NCBI RefSeq assembly: GCF_000142905.1
Contig: NW_013657609.1
Span: 67,185 to 131,184, forward strand
Length of the DNA: 64,000 nucleotides
DNA from: Thecamonas trahens ATCC 50062
Lineage: Eukaryota > Protista > Apusomonadida
Reading direction: 5' to 3'
This document shows, in pieces, positions 43,979 to 56,778 of this stretch. A model generated the notes under the pieces. That model was given only the letters and a program-made list of their open reading frames with translations, did not search any database and was not told the origin of the DNA. Positions within the stretch are counted from its first letter, which is position 1. Every line of letters starts with the position of its first letter. A program made the position numbers and the translations under genes.

Positions 43979-44339
43979 GCCCCCCCCCCCCCCCCCCCCC
44001 CCCCCCTCCCGCGCGCTTCACCTACACCTTCAAGAACGACCAACCTTGCCCGATTTCTAGGCGTGATTATTCCTGAAGGTTCCCGAGTGCCCGATTTGGA
44101 AAAAATAAACCCGACCCCCCCCCTTCCCGAGACGAAGCTACCTGCCACAATCAATGACATCATGATCATACCACGATCAAGCTCGTCAAGCTTGGCAAGT
44201 TCGTCAAGTTCGTGAAGGCGATCAAGTCGGGCCGAGTGATCGAGAGCGAGAGCAAGAGCGAGAGCGAGAGAAGACGGACAGACTCGACTCGATTGTTTTC
44301 TGAAACGATTGATTGATTGACCGTTGGACTGCATTGATC

Positions 44340-46285
44340 ATGGCGACTGACTACGGAGTTGATCTCACCAATGGTGAGGGCAAGTGCTTCAAGCGTATCA
44401 TTACCGAGGGCAAGGGCTCTGCCATGCCCCAGACCGGTGACACTGTCTCGGTCCACTACACCGGCACCTTGCTTGACGGCTCTGTCTTCGACTCGTCTGT
44501 CGAGCGTGGTGAGCTCTTCACCTTTGAACTCGGCCAGGGTACGTTCCCATACTCACCTTCTCATGTCACCATACTCTCCATGTAGCCCATATCTTGCTCT
44601 CTCTGGCCATGTCTTTGCCTTCTTCATACCTTGCCCCAACTCCACACCGCCGCCGCCAACGTCTCCACCGCCGACCGGTGCTTCACGAAGGAGTGCGAAC
44701 ACTGAGCGACGATGGCGACCCGGGAGACGGCGGCTGTCCACCCCCAAATTTTTGTACATTTTTTGTTCTGTTTTGCAACTCACCCCCCCCCCCCCCCCTT
44801 CCCCGCAGGCCGCGTCATCAAGGGATGGGACACTGGAGTGGCGACGATGAAGAAGGGCGAGAAGGCCATGCTCACGTGCAAGCCCGAGTACGCATACGGC
44901 GCGCGCGGCTCGCCGCCGAAGATCCCGCCCAACGCCACGCTGCAGTTTGAGGTCGAGCTGTTCTCGTGGAAGTCGGCGGCGGACTTGACCGACGACGGCT
45001 GCCTGCAAAAGTACGTGGTGACCAAGGGCGCCGGGTGGCGCAAGCCGCGGGCACCGTACCGGGTCAAGGTCAAGGTTGTGCAGCTTGACGATGCGGGAGC
45101 GACGCCTGCGGCCGACGAGGCCGAGACCCTGGTCGACGCCGCCGAGCCGGTGAGCCTCACGCTCGGCTCGGGCGCGTCGCCGACGCTCGATATGGTCCTC
45201 CCCGAGATGGCCGAGGGCGAGGTGGTGCGGCTGGTGGCGTCGGGTGTCTCGCCCGGGCACTACCTCCGCCCGCAGCTCGCGGCTGGCATCCACATGCCCG
45301 ACGACCCCAACGACGAGACTGCGTCGCGGGCGTACCTTGTCAAGCTCTTGGGGTGGGCCAAGGTCGAGGACGTGTCGGCGGACAAGGACGGCTCGCTCAT
45401 GGCCGAGTTTGTGGCCGAGGGCGAGGGCTACGTCAAGCCGCGCGAGGGGCGACGGTGACCATGGCGTACGCCATCAAGGCCGGCGAGGGCGAGGGCGCGG
45501 AGGTGCTGGCCGAGGCCTCCTCCGACGCGCCGCTGGTCTTTGACATCGACGCGGCGGATCCGAACGTGCCGGCGGTGCTCGACACGCTGGCGCGGTCGAT
45601 GGCCAAGGGCGCCGAGCTTGTGGTCCGGGCGGCGCCGAGCGCGGTGCCTGACGCGGTCCGCGAGGCCGCCGGCGACGGCGTCGATGCCTTTACCATCACC
45701 GCCAGCATGCTCGCGTTTGAGAACGAGCCGTACGAGACGGCCATGAACGAGGCGCAAAAGTTCGAGTTCGCGGGCAAGCGCAAGGCCGAGGGCAACCGGC
45801 TTTACGGCGCCGGTGACTACGCACGCGCCGCCGAAAAGTACGCCAAGGCGCTCAAGTACTTTAAGGCATCGGCGACCGACGCGGCGCCTGATGCGTGGTC
45901 GAGCTCGGACGACGAGGGCGACGACGAGGGTGGCGCCGACGCCGACGCGACCGGGCCGTCTGCCGACGAGAAGAACAACCTCATTCTCACCTGCCACCTC
46001 AACGAGGCGGCGTCGCAGCTCAAGCTCGCCGACGGCGCGGCCAAGGCCGTCGCGTCGTGCTCGGCGGCGCTCCAGCTCGACAGCACCTCGCTCAAGGCCT
46101 GGTTCCGCCGGGCGCAGGGCAACATGGCGCTCCACGAGTACGACGCCGCTGAGGCCGACTTTGCCAAGGTCCTCGAGCTGGATCCGGAGAACAAGGCTGC
46201 GGCCAAGGGCATCAAGCGGGCCAAGGCGTTCGCTGTCAAGGAGAAGAAGCGGCAGAAGAACCTGTACGCCAAGATGTTCGGCTGA
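44340..46285 (+). CDS. Multi-domain FKBP peptidyl-prolyl isomerase with TPRs (FKBP52/ROF1-like); exons 44340-44538 and 44809-46285; 1-nt frameshift at ~45448
   Basis: [16 protein letters not shown], spliced G|[56 protein letters not shown], terminal LYAKMFG. Confidence 0.93.
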
Positions 46286-46380
46286 GGCGGCGGCGGCGAG
46301 CCGGAGCTTGTGACGAAGAGAGAGCTTCCTTGCTGCGATTTTTGAGACAATGAAGAGCACAAGCACCATTTGTCTGTGGC

Positions 46381-47546
46381 TCACATGGAGGGAGCGGCAA
46401 ACTGGCGGCAGGCGTAGCAGAGCGGGGCGGGATCGTCGGCGTGCGGGAGCTCGTCGATGGCGCCGTAGTGGACGCCGGTGGGGACCGGGCCGGACGACGG
46501 GGCGCCGGCAATGCGCGGGAGCGCGATCCGGCCGCAGCATAGGGCGCAGAGGCGCGGGTCAAACGCCGCCTCGTCCGGCACGTCGAGCTTGCGCACGGTC
46601 TTGGCGATGGCGTTGAGGGTAGCCGGGAACTCGTCCTGCAAGCCAGCCATAAAGGTGGCGGTGAGCTGGCGGAGGGTGGCCTTGGCGCTCGGCGCTGGGA
46701 TCGACGGCCCGCGGGTGAATGGCGGGAGCTCGGCGGTGAGCAGGGAGCGGGCACGGACGACGCCGCGCATCTCGACATGCAGGTTGCTCAGCAGCGGGCG
46801 GAGGAGCCAGAGGTTCGGCTCGCCTGGGACAACAGCCTCCATGTTGACGGCGTCGGGCACCTGCTCGCCGCGGCCGTTGACGAGCATCATAAAGGCGTCG
46901 ACGGCCAGAGCCGTCGCCGACGTGCCGCAGATGAGGGCATCAGCGCCCACTCTCCGCGCATACGCCACCAGCGCGCGATGGCGGAGGAGATGCAGAAGCT
47001 CTTCCCGGGCCGAGAGCGTCTTCTCGGCGGCGAGCATGCTCGCCACTCGTGCCACACCCTCTGCAGACGGCAGGTGAGGCCAGAGCTCAGCCGAGATGGT
47101 AGTGACGTCAAGCGAGAGAGACTGAGCGTCTGCCGCGGCCATCACGGCAGCCGCAGCAGCAGCGCGATCATCATCCGAGGCCAGAGCTTTGAGATGAGGC
47201 GAAGTATCGATGAACACGCCTTGAACACGCCACTTGATCTTGGCATACTCTGCAGCTTCGTTCTCTGCCAAAAGATACGCGAGATATACGCTCGATGGAC
47301 CGCCAGAAAAGCCAGAGCAACAGTAGTGCCCGAGGCAAGGAGACCCGATCGCGTCAATTGGCTCCGAAAAAGAGTCCGCCGTGTCCGAGCCGAGAGCGTC
47401 CGCTCCACGCACGAGCCACAGAGGACGCGATTGCGGAGCGCCACAAGGACCTCCTCATCCTCTCCGCCGCACTTGGCGCACACCCTATCCTTTGGCCGGC
47501 CCACCGCCTCGTGCGCTCCGTCGTCCTCCGGGTTGGCCTCGCACAT
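46381..47546 (-). CDS. CTU2: Cytoplasmic tRNA 2-thiolation protein 2 (CTU2/Ncs2); 1-nt frameshift at ~47308
   Basis: CAKC..LCGSC, ALAF|SGGPSS, GTSATALA..GRG, LRPL, LQDEFPAT...KL, CALC, LCYAC. Confidence 0.88.
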
Positions 47547-48147
47547 TGCGGGGCGAGTGGAGTGTGAGCGGCTTCGATGGATGGGAGGGGGGGGGATGGG
47601 GATGGGGATGATCAGGGGGATGGGAGTGGGAGTGGGAANNNNNNNNNNNNNNNNNNNNNNNNNNNNNNNNNNNNNNNNNNNNNNNNNNNNNNNNNNNNNN
47701 NNNNNNNNNNNNNNNNNNNNNNNNNNNNNNNNNNNNNNTGGTGATGACGATCACGGTAAAACGTTCTACATGGCAAGCACGCTGTACATGGCAAGCGTGT
47801 GGGTTGTGCTTCCGGCTGGGCTGACACAACCTTCAGATCTCTACGTTGTCAGGCGATGTCGGGGTGGGGGGTACCAGGAGATGATGGAGGTACCAGGTGA
47901 TGGGTATCCGGCGATGAGCACACCAGACCGCGCTACATCTGCGCACTGTCTGATGTCAGCCCTGTGGTGACGATGTGGCGAGGCATGTACATGTACGTAC
48001 CTCTGTCTCTGTCAGTGCGACTTGACTGACAATGACCGTGGGGGGGGGGAGTTGGGGGGGGGAGGGGGGGGGGAAGGGGAAGGGGAGGACACTCGACTGT
48101 GACGAGAGTGTAGAGACGGTCAGGGCCAAGGGCAAGGAGGGTGGAGG

Positions 48148-49841
<1,694 letters not shown>

Positions 49842-49892
49842 TTGCGCACTGTATACTGTATCAAATATCAACACGCAGCCGGCCCGCCCACA

Positions 49893-50003
49893 GCGACCGA
49901 TGTCTCAGCGACCGATGCCAAAGCCGACCGATGCCAAGCCGACCGATGCCAAAGCCGACCGATGCCAAGCCGACCGATGCCAAGCCGACCGATGCCAAGC
50001 CGA
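49893..50003. repeat. 15-16-bp tandem repeat GCCGACCGATGCCAA(A)
   Basis: About 6-7 copies. Confidence 0.88.
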
Positions 50004-50988
50004 TAACACGCTACCCATACCGATCCCCCCTCCCCCCTCCCCCCTCCCCGCCCATCCGCCCCGCCCATCCGCCCCGCCCATTCCCCCCCCCCCCCCCCCC
50101 CCCCCCNNNNNNNNNNNNNNNNNNNNNNNNNNNNNNNNNNNNNNNNNNNNNNNNNNNNNNNNNNNNNNNNNNNNNNNNNNNNNNNNNNNNNNNNNNNNNN
50201 NNNNNNNNNNNNNNNNNNNNNNNNNNNNNNNNNNNNNNNNNNNNNNNNNNNNNNNNNNNNNNNNNNNNNNNNNNNNNNNNNNNNNNNNNNNNNNNNNNNN
50301 NNNNNNNNNNNNNNNNNNNNNNNNNNNNNNNNNNNNNNNNNNNNNNNNNNNNNNNNNNNNNNNNNNNNNNNNNNNNNNNNNNNNNNNNNNNNNNNNNNNN
50401 NNNNNNNNNNNNNNNNNNNNNNNNNNNNNNNNNNNNNNNNNNNNNNNNNNNNNNNNNNNNNNNNNNNNNNNNNNNNNNNNNNNNNNNNNNNNNNNNNNNN
50501 NNNNNNNNNNNNNNNNNNNNNNNNNNNNNNNNNNNNNNNNNNNNNNNNNNNNNNNNNNNNNNNNNNNNNNNNNNNNNNNNNNNNNNNNNNNNNNNNNNNN
50601 NNNNNNNNNNNNNNNNNNNNNNNNNNNNNNNNNNNNNNNNNNNNNNNNNNNNNNNNNNNNNNNNNNNNNNNNNNNNNNNNNNNNNNNNNNNNNNNNNNNN
50701 NNNNNNNNNNNNNNNNNNNNNNNNNNNNNNNNNNNNNNNNNNNNNNNNNNNNNNNNNNNNNNNNNNNNNNNNNNNNNNNNNNNNNTACCCACTGCCATCC
50801 CCCCCCTCCCCCCCCCCCCCCCCTCCCCCCCCAGGTCAGGTCACCTGTCCTGTCCTCAGCCGTTGTGTTCCAAATGGCGACATGGTAGTCACCCCCCCCC
50901 CTCCCCCTCCCCCCCCCTCCCCCCCCTACCATACTCACACTCATGTACATATACCATATACCCCCTTCCCATGGGTATGGGATTATAG

Positions 50989-52035
50989 CTGTGGTTGGTG
51001 GTGCGGAAGCTCGGCAGCAGCAGCAGTGGTGATGGTGGTGGTGATGGTGGTGGTGGTCGTGGTGGTGGTCGTGGTGGTGGTGGTCGTGGTGATGGTGGTC
51101 GTGGTGGTGGTGATCGTGGCGAGGGCAGGTCGATCAGTGGACAGGGAGCGGGTTCGGTGACGGATGGTGCTGGTGCTGGTGCTGGTGCTGGTGCTGGTGC
51201 TGGTACTGGTGCTGGTGCGGGTGCTGGTACTGGTCGCTCGGATGATCCGGTGGAGGAGGTGGTGGTCAAGGAGAGTGATGGTGGTGTCGAGGCGGCGCTG
51301 GTGGTGGTGAGGGAGGTGAAGGAGAGGCTGGCAGAGAAGGTGGTGGTCGAGTTGGATGGTTGGGACTTTTCGCCAAAGGTGGCAGAGGCCTCTCCTCAGG
51401 TCGAAGTCCTCAGGGGAGAGCTGGTCGCCCTCCTCGAGTCGGCCAACGTCTCCAAGATTGTCCTCCGCAATGTGCAGCACACTGGCCGGCTGCTGACCAA
51501 CAAGATGGCAAAGACGCTGGTTGGTATCGAGGTTCATGAGACCATCTTCCACGAGCACGACGGTCTTGTCCTCGGCTCGCTCATCATCTCCTCGCCGGTC
51601 ATCGAGTCGGTCGTCTTCTCGGGCAACGACTCGTACTCCAAGGGCATCATTTCGCTCTGCGCCAAGCTCGGCAAGTCGCAGACGCTCAGGACGCTTGACT
51701 TTTCACACAACAACTTTATGGGCTTTGTGGGCAACGTCATCTCGCAGGTGGTTGAGTCGGCCAAGGCGCTGGCCCACATCTCGCTCGCCCACAACCAGCT
51801 CCGCTCGCTCGGCGTCCGGCCTATTGCTCGCGCCCTTGCCAACTCGACGCAGCTCATCAGCATCGACCTCACTGACAACCACATCGAAAAGGCTGGCCTT
51901 GACGACCTCATCCAGGCTGTCGAGGCTCTGCCTGCGGGCCTCCCGCTCGAGACCGTGGTCCTCGACGAGAACCCGGCGCTGAGCGCAGCGGACCTGGCTC
52001 GGCTGGCTGCAGCAATGGGCAGCGACCGGGCGTGA
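50989..52035 (+). CDS. Leucine-rich repeat protein (RI-like) with Gly-rich N-terminus; 5' end uncertain
   Basis: LRTLDFSHNNF, HISLAHNQL, SIDLTDNHI, VVLDENP; possible TAG acceptor at 50988. Confidence 0.75.
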   Translation: MWLVVRKLGSSSSGDGGGDGGGGRGGGRGGGGRGDGGRGGGDRGEGRSISGQGAGSVTDGAGAGAGAGAGAGTGAGAGAGTGRSDDPVEEVVVKESDGGVEAALVVVREVKERLAEKVVVELDGWDFSPKVAEASPQVEVLRGELVALLESANVSKIVLRNVQHTGRLLTNKMAKTLVGIEVHETIFHEHDGLVLGSLIISSPVIESVVFSGNDSYSKGIISLCAKLGKSQTLRTLDFSHNNFMGFVGNVISQVVESAKALAHISLAHNQLRSLGVRPIARALANSTQLISIDLTDNHIEKAGLDDLIQAVEALPAGLPLETVVLDENPALSAADLARLAAAMGSDRA

Positions 52036-52083
52036 TGAAATGAACATGGCCACGCAGTGCAGCTTTTACAGATTAGATGCGTG

Positions 52084-53486
52084 TTAGCTTTGTGTGAGGG
52101 CCGAGGCGTCGCCCGAGGTCATAAAGGCGGTCATGGCGTCGGTGGTGACGAGCTCGGCGACGACGCAAGAGACGGTGAGGACGTAGGTGGCCGGCGAGAA
52201 GCCGAGGCGAGTCCTGTTGGAGACAGCATAGAGCGAGGTGCCGGGCTCGTCCTTGGCTTGCGCGGCGAGCTTGCGGGCGCGGCAGGCAAACTTGGCGCAT
52301 ATGGCCTTGACAGCCTTGCGGTCGAGCTCGTTGACCTGGACCCAGGCGCCGACGGAGAGGCCGGTGCCAACCTGGGCCGGCGAGGTGGCGAGGTAGCCGA
52401 CATTGTCGTCGCGAGCAAAGGCGTGCGCGTGCGAGAGCAGGTCGAGGATAGCGTGGATAGAGTTGGTGGCGGCGACGAGGTCGCCGTCGGTCCGGCGGAC
52501 GACAACGAGGATGTGGTCCTCATGGTTGACCCAGACGACGGCGGTCTCGGCGGCGTGGCGGTCGGTGCCGAAAAAGACGGCGCGGCCGTCCGGGTACCCT
52601 TCGTCCATGCCGACAGTTTGCTGGGGCGGGAGGTAGCCGCCGGGGATGAGGGCGTCGGCGGCGAGGGTGGCCCAGTCGTCGGAGACGGCGTCCGGCAGCG
52701 GCACAGCCTCAAACGACCAGCCGCTGCCGAGAGCCTCGACAGCACGGGCGAGGACGTCTGCGCGCGACGCAGCGGTGGCGAGCGGCGAGAACGGGAGGTC
52801 GGCGTAGTTGCGGACGGCAGAGAGCTGGATCCGCTTCACCATGGGGTTCTCCACGTGGTTCATCTTGGCGAGCTCGGCGGTCTCCCACGCGTCGACGTCG
52901 GGAGCGAGAGCGCCGGGCTCGACGCCGTGAAACTCGGCGACGAGCGGGCGGAGAAAGGCAGCAAAGGCGCTGTACGACGAGGCAGCACCAACGTAGATGC
53001 CGGGTGTCCGGCTCGGGTCTGCAAGGACCGGGCGGAGCATGCGGGAGATGGAGTCGCCCTCGGGCGTCACCTCGCTCCCGAGCGCGGACCACACCAATGG
53101 TGTGAGGTGCTTGCGAGCGAGCGCCCGCGGGCCGTCGACCAGCGGAGGATAGTCGTCAGGCAGCGTAGTAGCGGCGTCGGCATCGGCAGCAGGCCAGCCT
53201 TGATCACCAGGAAGACCTGACAGATCGAGCGACTTTGGCGAGTCTGTGCGTGACTTTGTCTTCTTCTTCTTCTTCTTGCCCTTGCCCTTGCCCTTTGGCG
53301 GCAGACCCCGCGCCCTACGACAGGCATCGGCATGATTGGCCCAATCTGCCGTCTGATGTTCCTTGGAGCAGTACCTTGCCGTCCGACAGGCGCAATGAAG
53401 GCGAGCACGAGTATCGCCACACAGAGCACACTTCCGCGACTCGGCACCAACATCATCATCATCAGTAGCAGCAGCAGCAGCAGAGT

Positions 53487-53517
<31 letters not shown>

Positions 53518-53751
53518 GTCAGCAGCAACAGTGTCAGTATCGGAAGTAATGGTCATGGTGGTGGCCTTGGTGGCAGCAGCAGATCGTGCCCGTGGTGATG
53601 GACGAGAGTCAGAGGAGGAAGAGAGTCGCCGCCAGGTCCATGCCACGCCGACGACGGCAAGTACAGCTGCTGTGGCTCCGAGTGCAAGTTGCACATACGG
53701 GTGCGTCACGGTGACTCCCGGAGGAGTGCCTTTGTTCTTGCCTCCGCTCAT
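52084..53751 (-). CDS. N-terminal TM anchor + MYND zinc finger + degenerate ATP:guanido phosphotransferase (arginine/creatine kinase-like)
   Basis: LALGATAAVLAVVGVAWTW; CALC..CAC..YCSKEHQ..DW..H...C; LARKHLT, GIY, YPDGRAVF, VWVNHEDH, GYLATSPAQVGTGL, SNRTRLG. Confidence 0.85.
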
Positions 53752-53871
53752 GGTGGAGTGGGGTGTGTGTGTGGGTGGGGGGGGGGGGGGGGAGGGGGCG
53801 GGTCGTGTCGCGCCAAATGGCGGGCGGTTTGGCGGGAGAGTTGGCGGGGAATTTGGTAGGAGGGGGGGGGG

Positions 53872-54125
53872 GATGATGGGGGTGACCATGGTGGTGGGGG
53901 TGACCATGGGGGTGGTGGGGGTGATCATGGTGGTGGGGGTGACCATGGGGGTGGTGGGGGTGATCATGATGATGGGGGTGACCATGGGGGTGGTGGGGGT
54001 GACCATGATGATGGGGGTGACCATGATGATGGGGGTGACCATGATGATGGGGGCGACCATGATGATGACGAGGATCACCATGACGATGGGGTTGACCATG
54101 ATGATGACGAGGATCACCATGACGG
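53872..54125. repeat. Intergenic GGGGTGACCATG(ATG/GTG) repeat array
   Basis: Directly visible 18-21-bp units. Confidence 0.85.
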
Positions 54126-54160
54126 CGGCCAAGGGACGGCAGCGGGACAGAGGTGGGCAG

Positions 54161-54628
54161 TCAGAGCTTGGACTTGATCTTGGGGTTGCTGCCGATGAAC
54201 TTGATGTGCTGGCCGGTAAAGTACGATTTGCCTGAGACGGCATCTCTGGCGTCAACATCAAGAAAGGCGATGCGCGAGCCGACGGATCGGGCAGAGGCAG
54301 TGACGGTGATGGTGGCGCCCTTGGGGGCTGCGCCTGTGTACTGGGTGTGGATCTCGATGGAGACGCCTCCAGTCGTGGTCTTCTCGGGAGCGAGTGCAAC
54401 CAGGGCAATGGTCGAGAGTACATCCACAGCAGTAGCAGCTGCCCCACCATGTAGAAATCCGTTGATGTTGGTAATCTCCTTTCCCACAACCAGATCAAAG
54501 ACAACCTCCCCACCGTCCTCGTCGACACGGACAAGCGAGGTATGTGGGGCGAGAATCGACGAGAACGACGGTGTCCGTCCGCTAAGCAGCAGCTTTTCCA
54601 GCTGTCGACCACGTTCACTTCCGTTCAT
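54161..54628 (-). CDS. PaaI/ACOT13 (THEM2)-like hotdog acyl-CoA thioesterase with PTS1 (SKL)
   Basis: NINGFLHGGAAATAVD, GVSIEIHTQY.GAA, terminal -KSKL. Confidence 0.88.
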   Translation of the reverse strand: MNGSERGRQLEKLLLSGRTPSFSSILAPHTSLVRVDEDGGEVVFDLVVGKEITNINGFLHGGAAATAVDVLSTIALVALAPEKTTTGGVSIEIHTQYTGAAPKGATITVTASARSVGSRIAFLDVDARDAVSGKSYFTGQHIKFIGSNPKIKSKL

Positions 54629-55053
54629 GACAAGGGGAGAGGGGAGAGAGGGAGGAAGGGAGATAGACAAAAAATCAAGATGAATGTGTCCCCGTAATGC
54701 CCATACCTACCCCCGACAAGGCCTCCATGACCTGTCCCTGTTGGTCCCTCTCCTCGTGACCAGACCACCATTCCTCCACCATCCCCCTTCCCTTTCATCC
54801 CCACTCACATGTCCATACACTCTAACTAAATAATTTCCTTCCTAATGTGACAGTCTCCCACATAATGCCCATACCTACCCCCAGCGAGCCCTTCATGCCC
54901 CGCCCCTCCGTACTCGCACCACCCACCAAGTCGTACACCTGTCTAGCGCCGCTAAGCACAGCCGTAGCCCACGTCGCGACCAGCTACCACACAGTCAACG
55001 GGCTGCTTCTTTGAAAACGTTTGTCGAGCTCGTCTTCTGGGTGGTGGTAGGGC

Positions 55054-56778
55054 ATGAAGCCTGCATCGAAGAGGGCGGCGGCGACGGCGGCGGCGGGTCA
55101 GACTGGTCGGCCCGGTCCGGGGAAACAGGCGAGGCGACGGGGACCGATTCGGCAGGGATTGGCGCGATCAATGGGCTCGACGGCCGGTCGGCAGGGATTA
55201 GCGCGACCAACGGGCTCGGCGGCCGGTCGGCAGGGATTGGCACGATCGATGGGCTCGGCGGCCGCTCGGCAGCCGTCAGGACTCGCAAGATCAGCTCGGT
55301 CAGGTGGCTCATCGTCATCGTCGTCAACGTCGGCGTCGACCTCTGCTTTTCTGTCGGCGTCGCTGTCAAACTCGGGGCTGAGCGGGAAGCGGCAAAGCGC
55401 CAATGCAACGGTCTCGGCAGCTGTGGAGGAGAGGTTGGAGGAGGCTGCGCATGCCATGGCCGCGCTGCAGCCAGAGTCTGCGCTGGTCATCCTCACCCGG
55501 GCCTTGTTTGTGGCGCCAAGGAGCGCGAGACTGCACTTTGAGCGCGGGGCGTTGCTGGAGCTGCTGGGCGACGTCGGCGCGGCGGCGGCGTCGTTTGCGC
55601 TCGCTCAAGAGTGCACCAAGGACGACGAGTACATGCTCGGGCGACGCGCGCGCGATCGCGAGGCAGATGTGCGGTACACCGAGGGCGTGCGGCTGTTGAA
55701 GGAGGGCGACGCGGAGGGCGCCGCCCGGTGGCTGGAGGCTGCGTGCGAGCTCAAGCCCGAGGCTGCAGGCATGGCCATCCACAAGGCTGCGGCGTATCTG
55801 GCGCTTGGCGCGCAAGAGGCAGCGCTGGTGGTCCTCACGCAGATTGTGGACAAGGTCGAGTCGGAAGGGAGCGGGTCGGAGACCAAGCTCGCGGCGCTGG
55901 CCATGCGGGCGACGCTGCTGCACAACATGCGCCGGCTCCGCGAGGCCCACTTGGATGTTATCCGGCTGCTGCGACTCTCGCCGCGGCACAGGATCGGACT
56001 TGCACTCTCGCGGCAGTGGGACACGCTCCAAGCCACGTACCGGGTCGAAGCTGCTCACAAGCAGCTCAACGGCGAGATGGAGGAGGCGGCGACGTCGCTG
56101 GCACGTGCGCGCGAGCTCGCGCCCGACGATCCGGCCCTCATCCTGCGCGAGTGCTCCTTGGCGCGCCAGCAGGGCGAGCACGAGACGGCCCTGGCGCTGC
56201 TCGACTCGCTCGCACAGAGCAGCAAAATGACAGCCGTGCAGCGGAAAACTCGCGAGACGTACTACGCGCTCGTCCACAACGACCTCGGTGTGGCGGCGTA
56301 CCTCACCGGTGACCATCTCGCCGCCATCCGCGCGTTCAACAACGCGATCAAGACCGCGCCGGCAACGGCCGCGTTTTACATCAACCGCGGTGACGCGCGC
56401 CGCGACTCGGGCAAGCTCGAGCTGGCCATTGCCGACTATCACTCAGCCCATGAGCTGCTCGCCGGGCTCCGTGACACCAGCTCGACAGAGCAAAAGCACC
56501 AGCTCGACCTGCGGCTTTCGGTCTGCCACGACCAGCTGGGCTCAACCGAGTTTGTGCGCGGCAACTACGAGCACGCGGTGCTCGAGTTCTCGCAGGCAAT
56601 CAAGCTCGCGCCGGTCGCCGATTACTACGTTCACCGCGCGCGGGCCTTCATCCAGTCGCACGACCTGGCGCGGCTGCGCGATGACCTGCGGGCGGCTCTC
56701 GCGCTCGACCCGGAGCATCGCGAGGGCGTCGAGCTGTTTGCGAGGTACTTTCCGCATGCTGATGCCCTGCGCGAGTGA
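55054..56778 (+). CDS. TPR-repeat protein (possibly TTC16-like); start uncertain
   Basis: Multiple TPRs (HNDLGVAAY..AIRAFNNAI..P..AAFYINRGD; AVLEFSQAIKLAP..YYVHRARA; ALALDPEH); three 39-bp repeats at the 5' end. Confidence 0.8.
   Translation: MKPASKRAAATAAAGQTGRPGPGKQARRRGPIRQGLARSMGSTAGRQGLARPTGSAAGRQGLARSMGSAAARQPSGLARSARSGGSSSSSSTSASTSAFLSASLSNSGLSGKRQSANATVSAAVEERLEEAAHAMAALQPESALVILTRALFVAPRSARLHFERGALLELLGDVGAAAASFALAQECTKDDEYMLGRRARDREADVRYTEGVRLLKEGDAEGAARWLEAACELKPEAAGMAIHKAAAYLALGAQEAALVVLTQIVDKVESEGSGSETKLAALAMRATLLHNMRRLREAHLDVIRLLRLSPRHRIGLALSRQWDTLQATYRVEAAHKQLNGEMEEAATSLARARELAPDDPALILRECSLARQQGEHETALALLDSLAQSSKMTAVQRKTRETYYALVHNDLGVAAYLTGDHLAAIRAFNNAIKTAPATAAFYINRGDARRDSGKLELAIADYHSAHELLAGLRDTSSTEQKHQLDLRLSVCHDQLGSTEFVRGNYEHAVLEFSQAIKLAPVADYYVHRARAFIQSHDLARLRDDLRAALALDPEHREGVELFARYFPHADALRE

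Noticed and set aside
43770-43985. Assigning the foldback to SRP, RNase MRP/P, U3, a TPP riboswitch, a hammerhead or telomerase RNA
   Set aside because: Only partial look-alikes (AGUCUC/GAGGCU, CUGAUGA on the minus strand, CUGAUC..GUAGGGAG). Required companion motifs or a telomeric template are missing.
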